Position numbers and translations under genes: made by a program | Shown: positions 37,268 through 46,242 of the stretch, piece after piece | How the letters are laid out: the number at the start of each line of letters is the position of its first letter | Position numbering within the stretch: the first letter of the stretch is position 1 | The notes under the pieces: generated by a model | The model's input: only the letters and a program-made list of their open reading frames with translations | What the model was told of the DNA's origin: nothing | The model's database searches: none | Assembly (NCBI GenBank): GCA_900770925.1 | Contig: CAAGLY010000024.1 | Coordinates: forward strand, 1,735 to 65,734 | Source of the DNA: Bacilli bacterium | GTDB taxonomy: Bacteria; Bacillota_I; Bacilli_A; RFN20; CAG-288 | Reading direction: 5' to 3' | Length of the DNA stretch: 64,000 nucleotides

Positions 37268-39130
37268 ATGGAAAAATTCAGTTACTTTGATTCTTCCGGA
37301 AAATCCCACTCGGTTGATCTTGATGCAAAGGAATTTGAGTTTGCGCAGAAAGATAAGGATATTACGGATGTCAAATTCAAAGGCAAACCGGTCACTTTTG
37401 CCCGGGATGCCTTAATCCGCTTCTGCAAGAACAAGTCGAGCATTGTCGCAACCATCGTTCTAGGATTGATTGTCCTGCTTTCTCTTATCCTTCCGGCGGC
37501 TATCCCTTATGATGTCTCTTCGACTCATGCGGAAGAGACCTTCCTTGCTCCGAAGCTGTTTAAGGCGGGAACCGGATTTTTAGACGGGACAAAGAAGTAT
37601 AAGGATGTTGTCTATGATGAGACGACCGGCTATCCCTCCTCTGCCTCGAATCTAGATAACGACTCTATCCTGAAAGATACGAGGGAAGTCTATGACGGAT
37701 ACACAAGTACGGTCTATTCCTTTGCCCATAACGGATATGTCCGTATCGGGAATTCCTCTACAAGTGCTTCCGCTTCTCTTTCTACGAAGTCCTTTACGGT
37801 CTCGGATAAGGATAACCTCACTCTTAGCTTCGAAATGGAATCCGGATTAGATCCGGAAAACTACGATAATTCCTGCTACGATGTGACTTTAGACTACTTA
37901 GACGGAACAGAAACGAAATCCGTCTCTCTCTTAAAGGATTCCTATTCCTATGGAAGCCAGACTCTGTCTCTTAAAGAGGCCCTTAAGGACGTGAATGGGG
38001 ATACCTTCTCTATTTCCTTCCTGGTTTCACCGGTGAAGGAAACAAGCAAGGCAGTCTTTCTTAAGTCCCTTACTCTATCCGATAACGGAAATAGTCTCTA
38101 TGAGTTCAGCGATGCCGCCCAGGCTCTCTATAAAAAGGAACTCAGTCTCAGCGGAAACGATGTTTCCCTGTATCAGGGAATCATCAAATACTGCTCTTTC
38201 TCCTATGACACTTACAATGCCAAATACGGAGATAAGAAGAGGGTTATCGGTGAATCGGAGAGGAAGAAATACATCAAGAAAGGCTATCTTAGCTATGACT
38301 TCTCTATCGGTCCTTCCTCCTTCAAGATACTGAATGAAGCAAAATGCCCGATTAAATCAGTACTTAAGCAGAATACAGTCGAAGGACTGATTACAGTTAC
38401 GGACAGGGACTGTATTGTCACCTACTACAAATATCTTGGCTATACCAAGATGCCTGTCCATCTCTTTGGCACAAACGGACAAGGCAAGGATAGGCTCAAG
38501 TATGTTGCCGAAGGAACAAGAAACTCTTTAGCCCTAGGTGTTCTGATATCTCTGATTGCCTTTGTCTTCGGTCTTATCTTCGGTGCAATTGAAGGATACT
38601 TCGGCGGAAGGGTCGATCTGATCAGGGAGCGGATTGTCGATATTCTCGGCTATATCCCCTGGATTGTCATCGTCACGCTCTGTGTTCTTCATTTAGGGCA
38701 GGGATTCGGTGTCTTTATCCTTGCGAGGTGTCTGACGGGGTGGATTTCTACATCGTCCATCACCCGAACGCAGTTCTACCGGTTCAAGAAGCGGGAATAT
38801 GTTCTTGCTTCAAAGAGCCTAGGCGCTAAGGATTCACGGCTGATCTTTACTCATATCCTACCTAATTCCTTAGGAACGATTGTGACTTCTTCGGTCTTAA
38901 TGATCCCTTCGGTTATCTTCTCTGAGGCGAGTATCTCCTACCTCGGAATCGGACTTAAGGGACTCTCTTCTCTCGGTGTTATCCTTAGCTCGAACCAGAT
39001 TTACATCAATTCTTATGCTTATCTCCTTGTCTTCCCCTCTGTTGTCCTTGCTCTGATGAGGATCTGCTTCAACCTCTTCGGTAACGGATTACGGGATGCC
39101 CTTAATCCATCCTTGAAAGGAAGTGATTGA
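37268..39130 (+). CDS. oppC: Oligopeptide ABC transporter permease OppC with a ~330-aa extracytoplasmic insertion between TM1 and TM2.
   Basis: TM1 is IVATIVLGLIVLLSLILPAAI. A long hydrophilic domain follows. The conserved permease core runs from NSLALGVLISLIAFVFG to the C-terminus. Confidence 0.7.
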   Translation: MEKFSYFDSSGKSHSVDLDAKEFEFAQKDKDITDVKFKGKPVTFARDALIRFCKNKSSIVATIVLGLIVLLSLILPAAIPYDVSSTHAEETFLAPKLFKAGTGFLDGTKKYKDVVYDETTGYPSSASNLDNDSILKDTREVYDGYTSTVYSFAHNGYVRIGNSSTSASASLSTKSFTVSDKDNLTLSFEMESGLDPENYDNSCYDVTLDYLDGTETKSVSLLKDSYSYGSQTLSLKEALKDVNGDTFSISFLVSPVKETSKAVFLKSLTLSDNGNSLYEFSDAAQALYKKELSLSGNDVSLYQGIIKYCSFSYDTYNAKYGDKKRVIGESERKKYIKKGYLSYDFSIGPSSFKILNEAKCPIKSVLKQNTVEGLITVTDRDCIVTYYKYLGYTKMPVHLFGTNGQGKDRLKYVAEGTRNSLALGVLISLIAFVFGLIFGAIEGYFGGRVDLIRERIVDILGYIPWIVIVTLCVLHLGQGFGVFILARCLTGWISTSSITRTQFYRFKKREYVLASKSLGAKDSRLIFTHILPNSLGTIVTSSVLMIPSVIFSEASISYLGIGLKGLSSLGVILSSNQIYINSYAYLLVFPSVVLALMRICFNLFGNGLRDALNPSLKGSD

Positions 39131-40718
39131 TATGGATGAAACAAAGAAAATTCTATCGGTACATAATCTCCGTGTCTCCTTTAAGACAGACTATGGAATC
39201 GTCCATGCTGTCCGGGGAGTTTCCTTCGACTTATACAAAGGGGAAACCCTTTGTATTGTCGGAGAATCCGGTTCCGGTAAGTCGGTTACATCTAAGACAA
39301 TCAGGGGTATTCTTCCTCCTTCTGCTAGGATTGAGGAAGGAAGCGTTGAGTTTGAAGGAGAAGATCTGACCAAGGTCTCCGAAGAGGAATTCCACAACAT
39401 CCGCGGAAAGAAAATCGGAATGATCTTCCAGGATCCGCTTTCTTCCTTGAATCCGATCAGGAAGGTCGGAAAACAGATTACGGAAGCTAGGCTGATTAAC
39501 CGCAATAGGCTTACCCGCCTTTATGAATCAAAGATTCAGAAGGAAAGGATAGCTCTTAAGAATGCACAGTCGAAGAAAAACACGGAAAAAGGAAAAACCT
39601 ATGCAGAGGAAGATTTCTTTCTCTCGGATAGCAAGAAGAAGCTCGATGATCTTCTCTACTCTCATCCGGACTGGACAAAACAGGAGAAAAAACAGGCGGT
39701 AAAGGAAGCCAAGCAGAAGCAGAAAGAAGGATATAAGATTATCCGGGCAGAAGGAAAAGCGAAACGGAAGGAAATCGATAAGGAATACAAGGCCTGCTAT
39801 CCTTCCCTGAAAAAGGAACTGGACCAGAAAAAGAAAATAGCAAAAAAGGAGGTGGCACTCTATTACAAAGAACTTAAAAACGAGAAAAAAGAAAAACTGG
39901 CATCTTTAAAGCAGAAACTTCTTCAGAGTAACAACTCCGAAGAGGCAAAGAAAGATTACGAAGTAAAGAAGAAACAGATTGAGGATGAATTCATCTCCAA
40001 GACAAAGATAACGAAAGCCAGGGCGAAAGAAAAAGCCTTAGCAGTCAGGAAAGAAGTCGGTATTCCTCAGCCGGAACTGAGATTCAAGCAGTATCCGTTT
40101 GAATTCTCCGGCGGAAGGCGACAGCGTATTGTTATCGCGATTGCCTTAACGGCGAATCCGGATATTCTGATCTGCGATGAGCCGACAACTGCCCTTGATG
40201 TCACGATTCAGGCACAGATTCTGGAACTGATCAATAAGCTTAAAAAAGCCCGGAACAGGTCGATTATCTTCATCACCCATGATCTTGGTGTTGTTGCCAA
40301 TAGGGCAGACCGGGTTGCGGTCAGGTATGCCGGAAAGATTGTCGAAGTCGGAACAGTCTATGAGATCTTCTTCCAGCCAAAACATCCTTATACCTGGGCA
40401 CTTCTCTCTTCTATTCCGGATATCGATTCCAAGGAGAAGCTTGAGGCTATTCCAGGCACTCCTCCGAATCTTATCAACCCTCCGAAAGGAGACGCCTTTG
40501 CCCAGCGGAATAAGTATGCACTGAAGATTGACTATGAATATGAGCCACCGGAATTCTCTCTATCTCCTACCCATAAGGCATCGACTTGGCTCTTATATGA
40601 GAAGTTCGCTCCGAAAGTCACTAGGCCTTCTATCATCGAGAAACGGATTGAGCGTGCATTAGAAGAGGAAAAAGAATATGAACAGAAAAACAAAGAAGAA
40701 GGAAAACCTTCAGCTTGA
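39123..40718 (+). CDS. oppD: Oligopeptide ABC transporter ATP-binding protein OppD with a ~200-aa Lys/Glu-rich coiled-coil insertion.
   Basis: Walker A GESGSGKSV, signature FSGGRRQR, Walker B LICDEPTTALD. The insertion between Walker A and the signature reads KKQAVKEAKQKQKEGYKIIRAEGKAKRKEIDKEYK.... Confidence 0.75.
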   Translation: MIDMDETKKILSVHNLRVSFKTDYGIVHAVRGVSFDLYKGETLCIVGESGSGKSVTSKTIRGILPPSARIEEGSVEFEGEDLTKVSEEEFHNIRGKKIGMIFQDPLSSLNPIRKVGKQITEARLINRNRLTRLYESKIQKERIALKNAQSKKNTEKGKTYAEEDFFLSDSKKKLDDLLYSHPDWTKQEKKQAVKEAKQKQKEGYKIIRAEGKAKRKEIDKEYKACYPSLKKELDQKKKIAKKEVALYYKELKNEKKEKLASLKQKLLQSNNSEEAKKDYEVKKKQIEDEFISKTKITKARAKEKALAVRKEVGIPQPELRFKQYPFEFSGGRRQRIVIAIALTANPDILICDEPTTALDVTIQAQILELINKLKKARNRSIIFITHDLGVVANRADRVAVRYAGKIVEVGTVYEIFFQPKHPYTWALLSSIPDIDSKEKLEAIPGTPPNLINPPKGDAFAQRNKYALKIDYEYEPPEFSLSPTHKASTWLLYEKFAPKVTRPSIIEKRIERALEEEKEYEQKNKEEGKPSA

Positions 40719-42003
40719 TATTCCGGAGAATGCTTCTCTGACCGGACGTTTTTCCGCTTCTGATCCGAACCAGGATGATGCGGAACATGTCTTTAATGAG
40801 ACAAAAGAGAATCCCTTAGAAACACAGGAAGTCTCTTTTACAGAGCGGACGTCTAAGGTCAAGTTCCGTCAGGACTATGTGGACCAGCATATCCTTCTTT
40901 CTGTCAACCATCTTAAGGAGTTCTTCACCATCGGCCATTATCCGCACAAGAAGTGGCTTAAGGCCGTCCATGATATCTCCTTCCAAATCCATGAAGGGGA
41001 ATGCAGGGGCTTAGTCGGTGAATCCGGATGCGGGAAATCGACAACCGGAAGAACCATCAGGCGCCTTTATCCGGCTACTTCCGGGTCTGTCTACTATAAG
41101 GGATACCGGATTCAGGCCGGTTCTCGATGGAACAAGAAGGAGATCAAATGGAAGAGCAAGAAGGGAGAAGAGGAGATTAAGAGAATCAGAAAAGACCCTT
41201 CTCTGTCCGATGAAGAAAAGAAAGAGAAAATCCAAGAAATCAAGCTTCAGGTAAAGGAAATCTGTACGATCCAGAAGGCAAAGATCAGACAGATTAACTA
41301 CGATAACCGGCATGTCGACGAAGACTTGCTTAGTGAAATCCAGATGATCTTCCAGGATCCGATTGACTCCCTTGATCCGCATAGGACAGTCGAAGAGATT
41401 ATCTCCGAAGGTCTTAAGATTCAGGGATTTCATAATCCGAATGAGAATCATCAGAAAGTCGTTTCTGTTCTTAAGGAAGTCGGTCTGATTGAGGATTACT
41501 GCTCACGCTATCCGCATGAATTCTCTGGCGGACAGCGTCAGCGTGTCGGGATTGCCCGTGCCTTGATCAGGAATCCGAAACTGCTTATCTGTGATGAGCC
41601 GATTTCGGCTTTGGATGTCTCTATCCGTGCGCAGGTAATCAATCTTCTGAATGACTTGAAAGAGAAGAGAAATCTTTCGATTCTCTTCATTGCCCATGAT
41701 CTTTCCGTAGTCAAATACTTCTGCGATAAGATTGCAGTCAGGTATTTCGGAGATAGGGTCGAGCTGGCTCCTTCGGATGAACTCTTCCGCCATCCTCTTC
41801 ATCCCTATACGAGAGCACTTCTCTCCGCTATTCCGAAACCGAATCCCTTTACGGAAAAAAGAAGAGAGAGAATCCATTATGATCCTTCTCAGGAACATGA
41901 CTACTCTGTCGACAAACCATCGTTCAGAGAAGTCGAACCCGGTCATTTTGTCCTTTGCAACAATAAGGAGTTCAGGAAGTATAAAGAGGAAGTAAGGAAA
42001 TAG
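40678..42003 (+). CDS. oppF: Oligopeptide ABC transporter ATP-binding protein OppF with a ~70-aa N-terminal extension and a ~80-aa KE-rich insertion.
   Basis: GESGCGKST, FSGGQRQRV, LICDEPISALD. The insertion reads WNKKEIKWKSKKGEEEIKRIRKD.... Confidence 0.75.
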   Translation: MNRKTKKKENLQLDIPENASLTGRFSASDPNQDDAEHVFNETKENPLETQEVSFTERTSKVKFRQDYVDQHILLSVNHLKEFFTIGHYPHKKWLKAVHDISFQIHEGECRGLVGESGCGKSTTGRTIRRLYPATSGSVYYKGYRIQAGSRWNKKEIKWKSKKGEEEIKRIRKDPSLSDEEKKEKIQEIKLQVKEICTIQKAKIRQINYDNRHVDEDLLSEIQMIFQDPIDSLDPHRTVEEIISEGLKIQGFHNPNENHQKVVSVLKEVGLIEDYCSRYPHEFSGGQRQRVGIARALIRNPKLLICDEPISALDVSIRAQVINLLNDLKEKRNLSILFIAHDLSVVKYFCDKIAVRYFGDRVELAPSDELFRHPLHPYTRALLSAIPKPNPFTEKRRERIHYDPSQEHDYSVDKPSFREVEPGHFVLCNNKEFRKYKEEVRK

Positions 42004-42009
42004 AAAAAA

Positions 42010-42059
42010 GCCGCCTAGCATCGCTCTGGTTAGCCAGTCTGATGCAAGACGGCTTTTTG
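42010..42059 (+). terminator. Rho-independent terminator after oppF.
   Basis: Long imperfect hairpin gccgcctagcatc...gatgcaagacggc followed by TTTTTG. Confidence 0.55.
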
Positions 42060-42114
42060 AATGGGGATTAATCTAGAAATAGAGGACTCCTTTTTCTTTC
42101 CGGCAAGCAAAAAA

Positions 42115-42137
42115 CCGGAAGGCAGACTGCCTTCCGG
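42115..42137 (-). terminator. Rho-independent terminator after nrdD (minus strand).
   Basis: Perfect stem CCGGAAGGCAG/CTGCCTTCCGG. The minus strand continues with TTTTTTG. Confidence 0.65.
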
Positions 42138-42142
42138 TCATT

Positions 42143-44557
42143 TTATTTCTTGGTGGAATGGATATATCCGTTGATTTCCGAGACGTTTTCGAACTGGTGG
42201 ATTCCGTCGTTCTCTTCAATCAGGAGGGTAGGAGCCATCTGGATATGATGGTCCTTAGCAAACTGCTGACCGCCCTGATCGGCAACGATGACATCGAAGT
42301 CGATGCCGGCCTGAGTCAGTAAGCGTTTGGCAACCTTGCAGTTCGGACAGGTAGAGGTAGTGACCAGAATCGGCTTGTAGCTGGCTTTTGCCTTCCTGAC
42401 CGGTGTCTCTGCCTTTGGAGAACAGCAGCTGACGGTGGTCGGAATCTCCGCCTCAGGGGTTTCCTTTCCGAATAGCTCATCCGGCTTATAGGTTTTACGG
42501 GTCTTGAACTCGCTTGCCTTGCCGTCATTCCAGTTTTTGACCGGACGATAGTATCCGGTAATACGGGAATAGACTTCTGCTTCTTTATGGCAGATCGGGC
42601 AGGTGAAGTGCTCACCTGCAAGATAGCCGTGTTCCGGACAGACGGAATAGGTCGGAGAAAGCGTGAAGTAAGGGAGCTTGAAGTTATAGGCGATTTTCTT
42701 GACTAAGCTAGCGGCAGAATGCCAGTCCGGCAGACGCTCGCCAAGGAAAGCATGGAATACGGTTCCGGAGGTATAAAGGACCTGGAGATTATCTTCCTTC
42801 TCTAAGGCCTTGAAGGGGTCATCAGTATAGCCGACTGGTAAGTGGGAGGAGTTGGTGTAGAAGGGAGCATTTCCCTTCTTGGCAGCAGTGATGATATCCG
42901 GGAAGTCTTTGACATCGTGCTTAGCAAAGCGGTAAGTCGTCGATTCAGCCGGAGTAGCCTCTAAGTTGAACAAGGCATCATACTTCTCCTGATAGTCGGA
43001 GAGCTTAGAACGCCTGTGGGTCAGAATCTCGGCGGCTAAGGCATTGCCTTCCTCGGTGGTCAGATCTCCCTTACCGAACCAATGGGCATTTAAAAGAGCC
43101 TCGTTCCTGCCGACTAAGCCGATGGTAGAGAAGTGATTCTTGAACGTGCCAAGATAACGCTTCGTATACGGATACCTTCCCTGATCCCTAAGCTTGGTGA
43201 TGACTTTCCGTTTGATATCGAGCGAACGGGCTGCGATATCCCTGTATTTATCGAGCCTTGCATAGAAGTCTTCCTTGCTCTTGCTCAGATAGGCAATACG
43301 GGGGAGGTTAAGCGTCACAACACCGATTGAACCGGTGGATTCGCCGGAGCCGAAGTATCCTCCGCCTTTCTTGCGTAACTCGCGTAAGTCAAGACGCAGA
43401 CGGCAGCACCTTGAGCGGACATCGCTCGGCTTCCTGTCGGAATTGATATAGTTGGAGAAATACGGAGTTCCGTATTTTGCTGTCCTCTCAAAGAGCAGGC
43501 GGTTATTCTCATTATCGGACCAATCGAAGTCCTTGGTGATGGAATAGGTCGGAATCGGATACTGGAAGCCTCTGCCGTTGGCATCGCCTTCGATCCTGAT
43601 TTCGATAAAGGCCTTATTGACCCTATCCCTTTCTTTCTTGCAGTCTCCGTAGGTGAAGTCCCTGTTCTTGCCTCCGATAATGGCAGGAACGTTCTTCCTG
43701 TCATCTGGAACGGTCCAGTCGAGCGTAACGTTGCTGAACGGTGCCTGAGTTCCCCAACGGGAAGGGGTATTCACACCATAGATGAAGGACTGAATGCACT
43801 GTTTGACTTCCTTGAAGGAAAGATTATCGACTTTGACAAACGGAGCAAGATAGGTATCGAAGGAGGAGAACGCCTGGGCTCCTGCCCACTCGTTCTGCCT
43901 GATACCTAAGAAGTTGACCATCTGACTGCAGAGAGTCGAGAGGTGTTTTGCCGGAGCAGAAGTGATTCGTCCGGTAACTCCTCCTAAGCCTTCCTGAATC
44001 AGCTGCTTAAGAGACCATCCGGCGCAGTATCCGGAAAGCCTAGATAAATCATGGAGATGGAAGAAGCAATGCTTATGGGCATCCGCAATCTCTTTATCAT
44101 AAATCTCACTCAGCCAGTAGTTCGCAGTGATGGCACCGGAGTTAGAGAGGATAAGTCCGCCAAGACTCCTTGTTACCGTGGAGTTCTCTTTGACACGCCA
44201 GTCTTTCTCCGTTCCGATATAGCCATCGACAAGCTTTTTGTAATCGATGAGCGTATTCTCGACTTCACGGACCTTTTCATGCTGGTTACGGTAAAGGATG
44301 TAGGCTTTGGCAGTCTTTGCATAGTTGCACTGCCTTAAGGCCTTTTCGACTTCATCCTGGATCTCTTCGACAGTGGCAATCTTCCTGTTCTTGGAATTCC
44401 TTGCTGCTTCGACGATGAGTTCGATTGCTCTTGACCTAGTCGAAACATCTCTTGCTTCGATTTCTCCCGTTGCCCTAAAAGCCTTAGCAACGGCATTTTC
44501 AATCTTTTCTGCTTCAAAGGCGACTTTTTGCCCGTTACGTTTGATGATGCTTTCCAT
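42143..44557 (-). CDS. nrdD: Anaerobic ribonucleoside-triphosphate reductase NrdD (class III RNR) fused to a C-terminal thioredoxin/glutaredoxin-like domain (CPNC).
   Basis: ATP-cone N-terminus MESIIKRNGQKVAFEAEKIEN. Glycyl-radical motif SRITGYY. Zn-ribbon CPEHGYLAGEHFTCPICH. This is followed by ~130 extra residues, ILVTTSTCPNCKVAKRLLTQAGIDFDVIV...APTLLIEENDG, that look like a Trx fold. Confidence 0.8.
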   Translation of the reverse strand: MESIIKRNGQKVAFEAEKIENAVAKAFRATGEIEARDVSTRSRAIELIVEAARNSKNRKIATVEEIQDEVEKALRQCNYAKTAKAYILYRNQHEKVREVENTLIDYKKLVDGYIGTEKDWRVKENSTVTRSLGGLILSNSGAITANYWLSEIYDKEIADAHKHCFFHLHDLSRLSGYCAGWSLKQLIQEGLGGVTGRITSAPAKHLSTLCSQMVNFLGIRQNEWAGAQAFSSFDTYLAPFVKVDNLSFKEVKQCIQSFIYGVNTPSRWGTQAPFSNVTLDWTVPDDRKNVPAIIGGKNRDFTYGDCKKERDRVNKAFIEIRIEGDANGRGFQYPIPTYSITKDFDWSDNENNRLLFERTAKYGTPYFSNYINSDRKPSDVRSRCCRLRLDLRELRKKGGGYFGSGESTGSIGVVTLNLPRIAYLSKSKEDFYARLDKYRDIAARSLDIKRKVITKLRDQGRYPYTKRYLGTFKNHFSTIGLVGRNEALLNAHWFGKGDLTTEEGNALAAEILTHRRSKLSDYQEKYDALFNLEATPAESTTYRFAKHDVKDFPDIITAAKKGNAPFYTNSSHLPVGYTDDPFKALEKEDNLQVLYTSGTVFHAFLGERLPDWHSAASLVKKIAYNFKLPYFTLSPTYSVCPEHGYLAGEHFTCPICHKEAEVYSRITGYYRPVKNWNDGKASEFKTRKTYKPDELFGKETPEAEIPTTVSCCSPKAETPVRKAKASYKPILVTTSTCPNCKVAKRLLTQAGIDFDVIVADQGGQQFAKDHHIQMAPTLLIEENDGIHQFENVSEINGYIHSTKK

Positions 44558-44587
44558 GTTTATGCTTTCCCCTATCCTTCCCGTCTC

Positions 44588-45106
44588 TTATAGACCATAA
44601 TCGAATGACTCTGTTTCGACAACTGATTTGCTCAGAAGTGATTTCTTGAGGTCAATCAGTCTTTGATTGGTAGAGCCTCGGAATAGACATTCTGCACTCT
44701 TCTTTTCCTTGATGAAGGGACCATCGACAAGAACATCAAGGTAGGATAAGGCCTCCTTTGCCTCTTCTCCTGCCTTAAGGCTCCTGATTTCCTCATAAGT
44801 CCATCCGGTATAGCACCAGAGGGATAATCCCCTATCCTTCAGCTCTTTGCAGATCCCAATCAGGGCTTTTGCCTGATAGAGAGGATCTCCGCCGGAAAAA
44901 GTGATTCCGTCCAAGTATTTGGTCTTCCGGATATCTTCAATCAGAGAGGATATCGGAAGAAGATGACCTTGATCATTAGACCAGGTTTCTGGGTTCTGGC
45001 AGCCCTTACAATGATGCGGACAGCCTTGGAAGAAGACCACGTATCTTACTCCCGGTCCGTTGACGGATGAGTGTCTTTCTACTCCAGCTAAGCGAACATT
45101 TTCCAT
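44588..45106 (-). CDS. nrdG: Anaerobic RNR activating protein NrdG (radical SAM).
   Basis: GVRYVVFFQGCPHHCKGCQNPETW is the CxxxCxxC radical-SAM cluster motif. 172 aa. RBS AGGAGG. Confidence 0.8.
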   Translation of the reverse strand: MENVRLAGVERHSSVNGPGVRYVVFFQGCPHHCKGCQNPETWSNDQGHLLPISSLIEDIRKTKYLDGITFSGGDPLYQAKALIGICKELKDRGLSLWCYTGWTYEEIRSLKAGEEAKEALSYLDVLVDGPFIKEKKSAECLFRGSTNQRLIDLKKSLLSKSVVETESFDYGL

Positions 45107-45426
45107 GATTGAGTGCCTCCTAGGTTCCTTAGCTTCTGTACTATTATGTGTCCTTGGTTTTGAGAATTCAACACTAAAAAATCACTACAGAAACAGATGG
45201 TAAATAGCAAAGAGAAACAACCCTGTTGAGGATAATGGGTTGAAAAAACTCAAATTGATTGATAGTCTGGCATTATCAATGCAAGGCGAAAAAAACCGGA
45301 CTTTGGTTTTCACTCAAAACTAAAGTAAAAAAGGAATAATCATAATTTTTGATTTTATTTTTGAAAACAGATGCGGTGGCAGAAAATATATAATTTCTTA
45401 GCCATTAATTTAATAAAACACATTCC

Positions 45427-45755
45427 TAATCCGGACAGGACAGATGGCTATTTCTCCTTTGCTTTTCTGCTTGCCGACAGAGGCTTAGATACCTGAAGAG
45501 ACAGTCTTGATAAGGAAGCGGAAAACAGAATTCCGGATTGAATAGCCATAGAAAATAATATAGATGTCGGTAAGTGTTCTTCCTTTTTCTAGCAGGTCTG
45601 CCTGTTAAGTCCTTGCTGAGAGCATATCGGCTAATCCGGATTGTGTTTCCCGATTTCTGTACTCAGCTAAAATAACAGGAAGAACAGATCGTTAACACAG
45701 AGCAGACCGATTCTGGTTTTTTAAGTCCTGCTTTCCTAGGTTCATCCGGATTCGG
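45427..45755. repeat. Four copies of a palindromic or near-palindromic AATCCGGATT motif at ~105-bp spacing within the 760-bp nrdG upstream leader.
   Basis: taatccggaca (45427), attccggatt (45531), aatccggatt (45635) and catccggattc (45745). Adjacent 20 nt are partly similar between copies C and D. Confidence 0.4.
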
Positions 45756-45867
45756 TTTCCTCGTAAATAAAAGAAAACGCGTTTCCTGAAAGCCCTTTCC
45801 TATTTCTTCAGAAGCAAGGCGGGAAAAGGAGAAATCGTTTTTAGGATGCATCCTGAAACAGAAAAAA

Positions 45868-45890
45868 TCCCTCCCCCTTTTGGGGAGGGA
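45868..45890 (-). terminator. Rho-independent terminator after hypA (minus strand).
   Basis: TCCCTCCCC tttt GGGGAGGGA 9-bp stem with a 6-T run on the minus strand, directly after the hypA stop. Confidence 0.65.
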
Positions 45891-45894
45891 TGAT

Positions 45895-46242
45895 TTAGCT
45901 GACTTCGATATTCTTGATGCTCGCTTCGTTTCCGGAGATAAGATAGGTATCATCGCCCTGACAGTACGGGCATTTCTTTCCTGTCTCCGTCGTCGGATAG
46001 GTCTTCTTGCAGTGGTTGCAGTAGCTGATTGCCTTAATGACCTCTAGGTCTAGCTCACAGCCTTTCCTGTAGGTGGAACGGTTCTCCACTGCCCATTTCC
46101 AGCAGTCCTTCCTGTAGGAGGGAACAATACCGGAGACTTCTCCGATCTCTAAGGTGACTCTCGTTACCTTATTGACCTTGTTCTCGGCAGCTATCTTATC
46201 GACTTCCTTGATGATGTGGAAGACAATGCCGAGCTCATGCAT
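45895..46242 (-). CDS. hypA: Hydrogenase/urease-type nickel insertion protein HypA.
   Basis: MHELGIVFHIIKEV... with a C-terminal zinc motif CNHC...CPYC. 115 aa. Confidence 0.75.
   Translation of the reverse strand: MHELGIVFHIIKEVDKIAAENKVNKVTRVTLEIGEVSGIVPSYRKDCWKWAVENRSTYRKGCELDLEVIKAISYCNHCKKTYPTTETGKKCPYCQGDDTYLISGNEASIKNIEVS

Noticed and set aside
45518-45545. ACAGAATTCCGGATTGAATAG resembles the RNase P RNA P4 3-prime strand (ACAGAACCCGGCTTA)
   Set aside because: No matching P4 5-prime strand (GGAAAGTCCGG) sits at the required ~300-nt distance on either strand. Similarity is limited to this one segment.
45663-45953. Minus-strand 96-aa ORF in the nrdG leader
   Set aside because: It runs through the hypA terminator hairpin and stop codon. 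It has no RBS and implausible composition.
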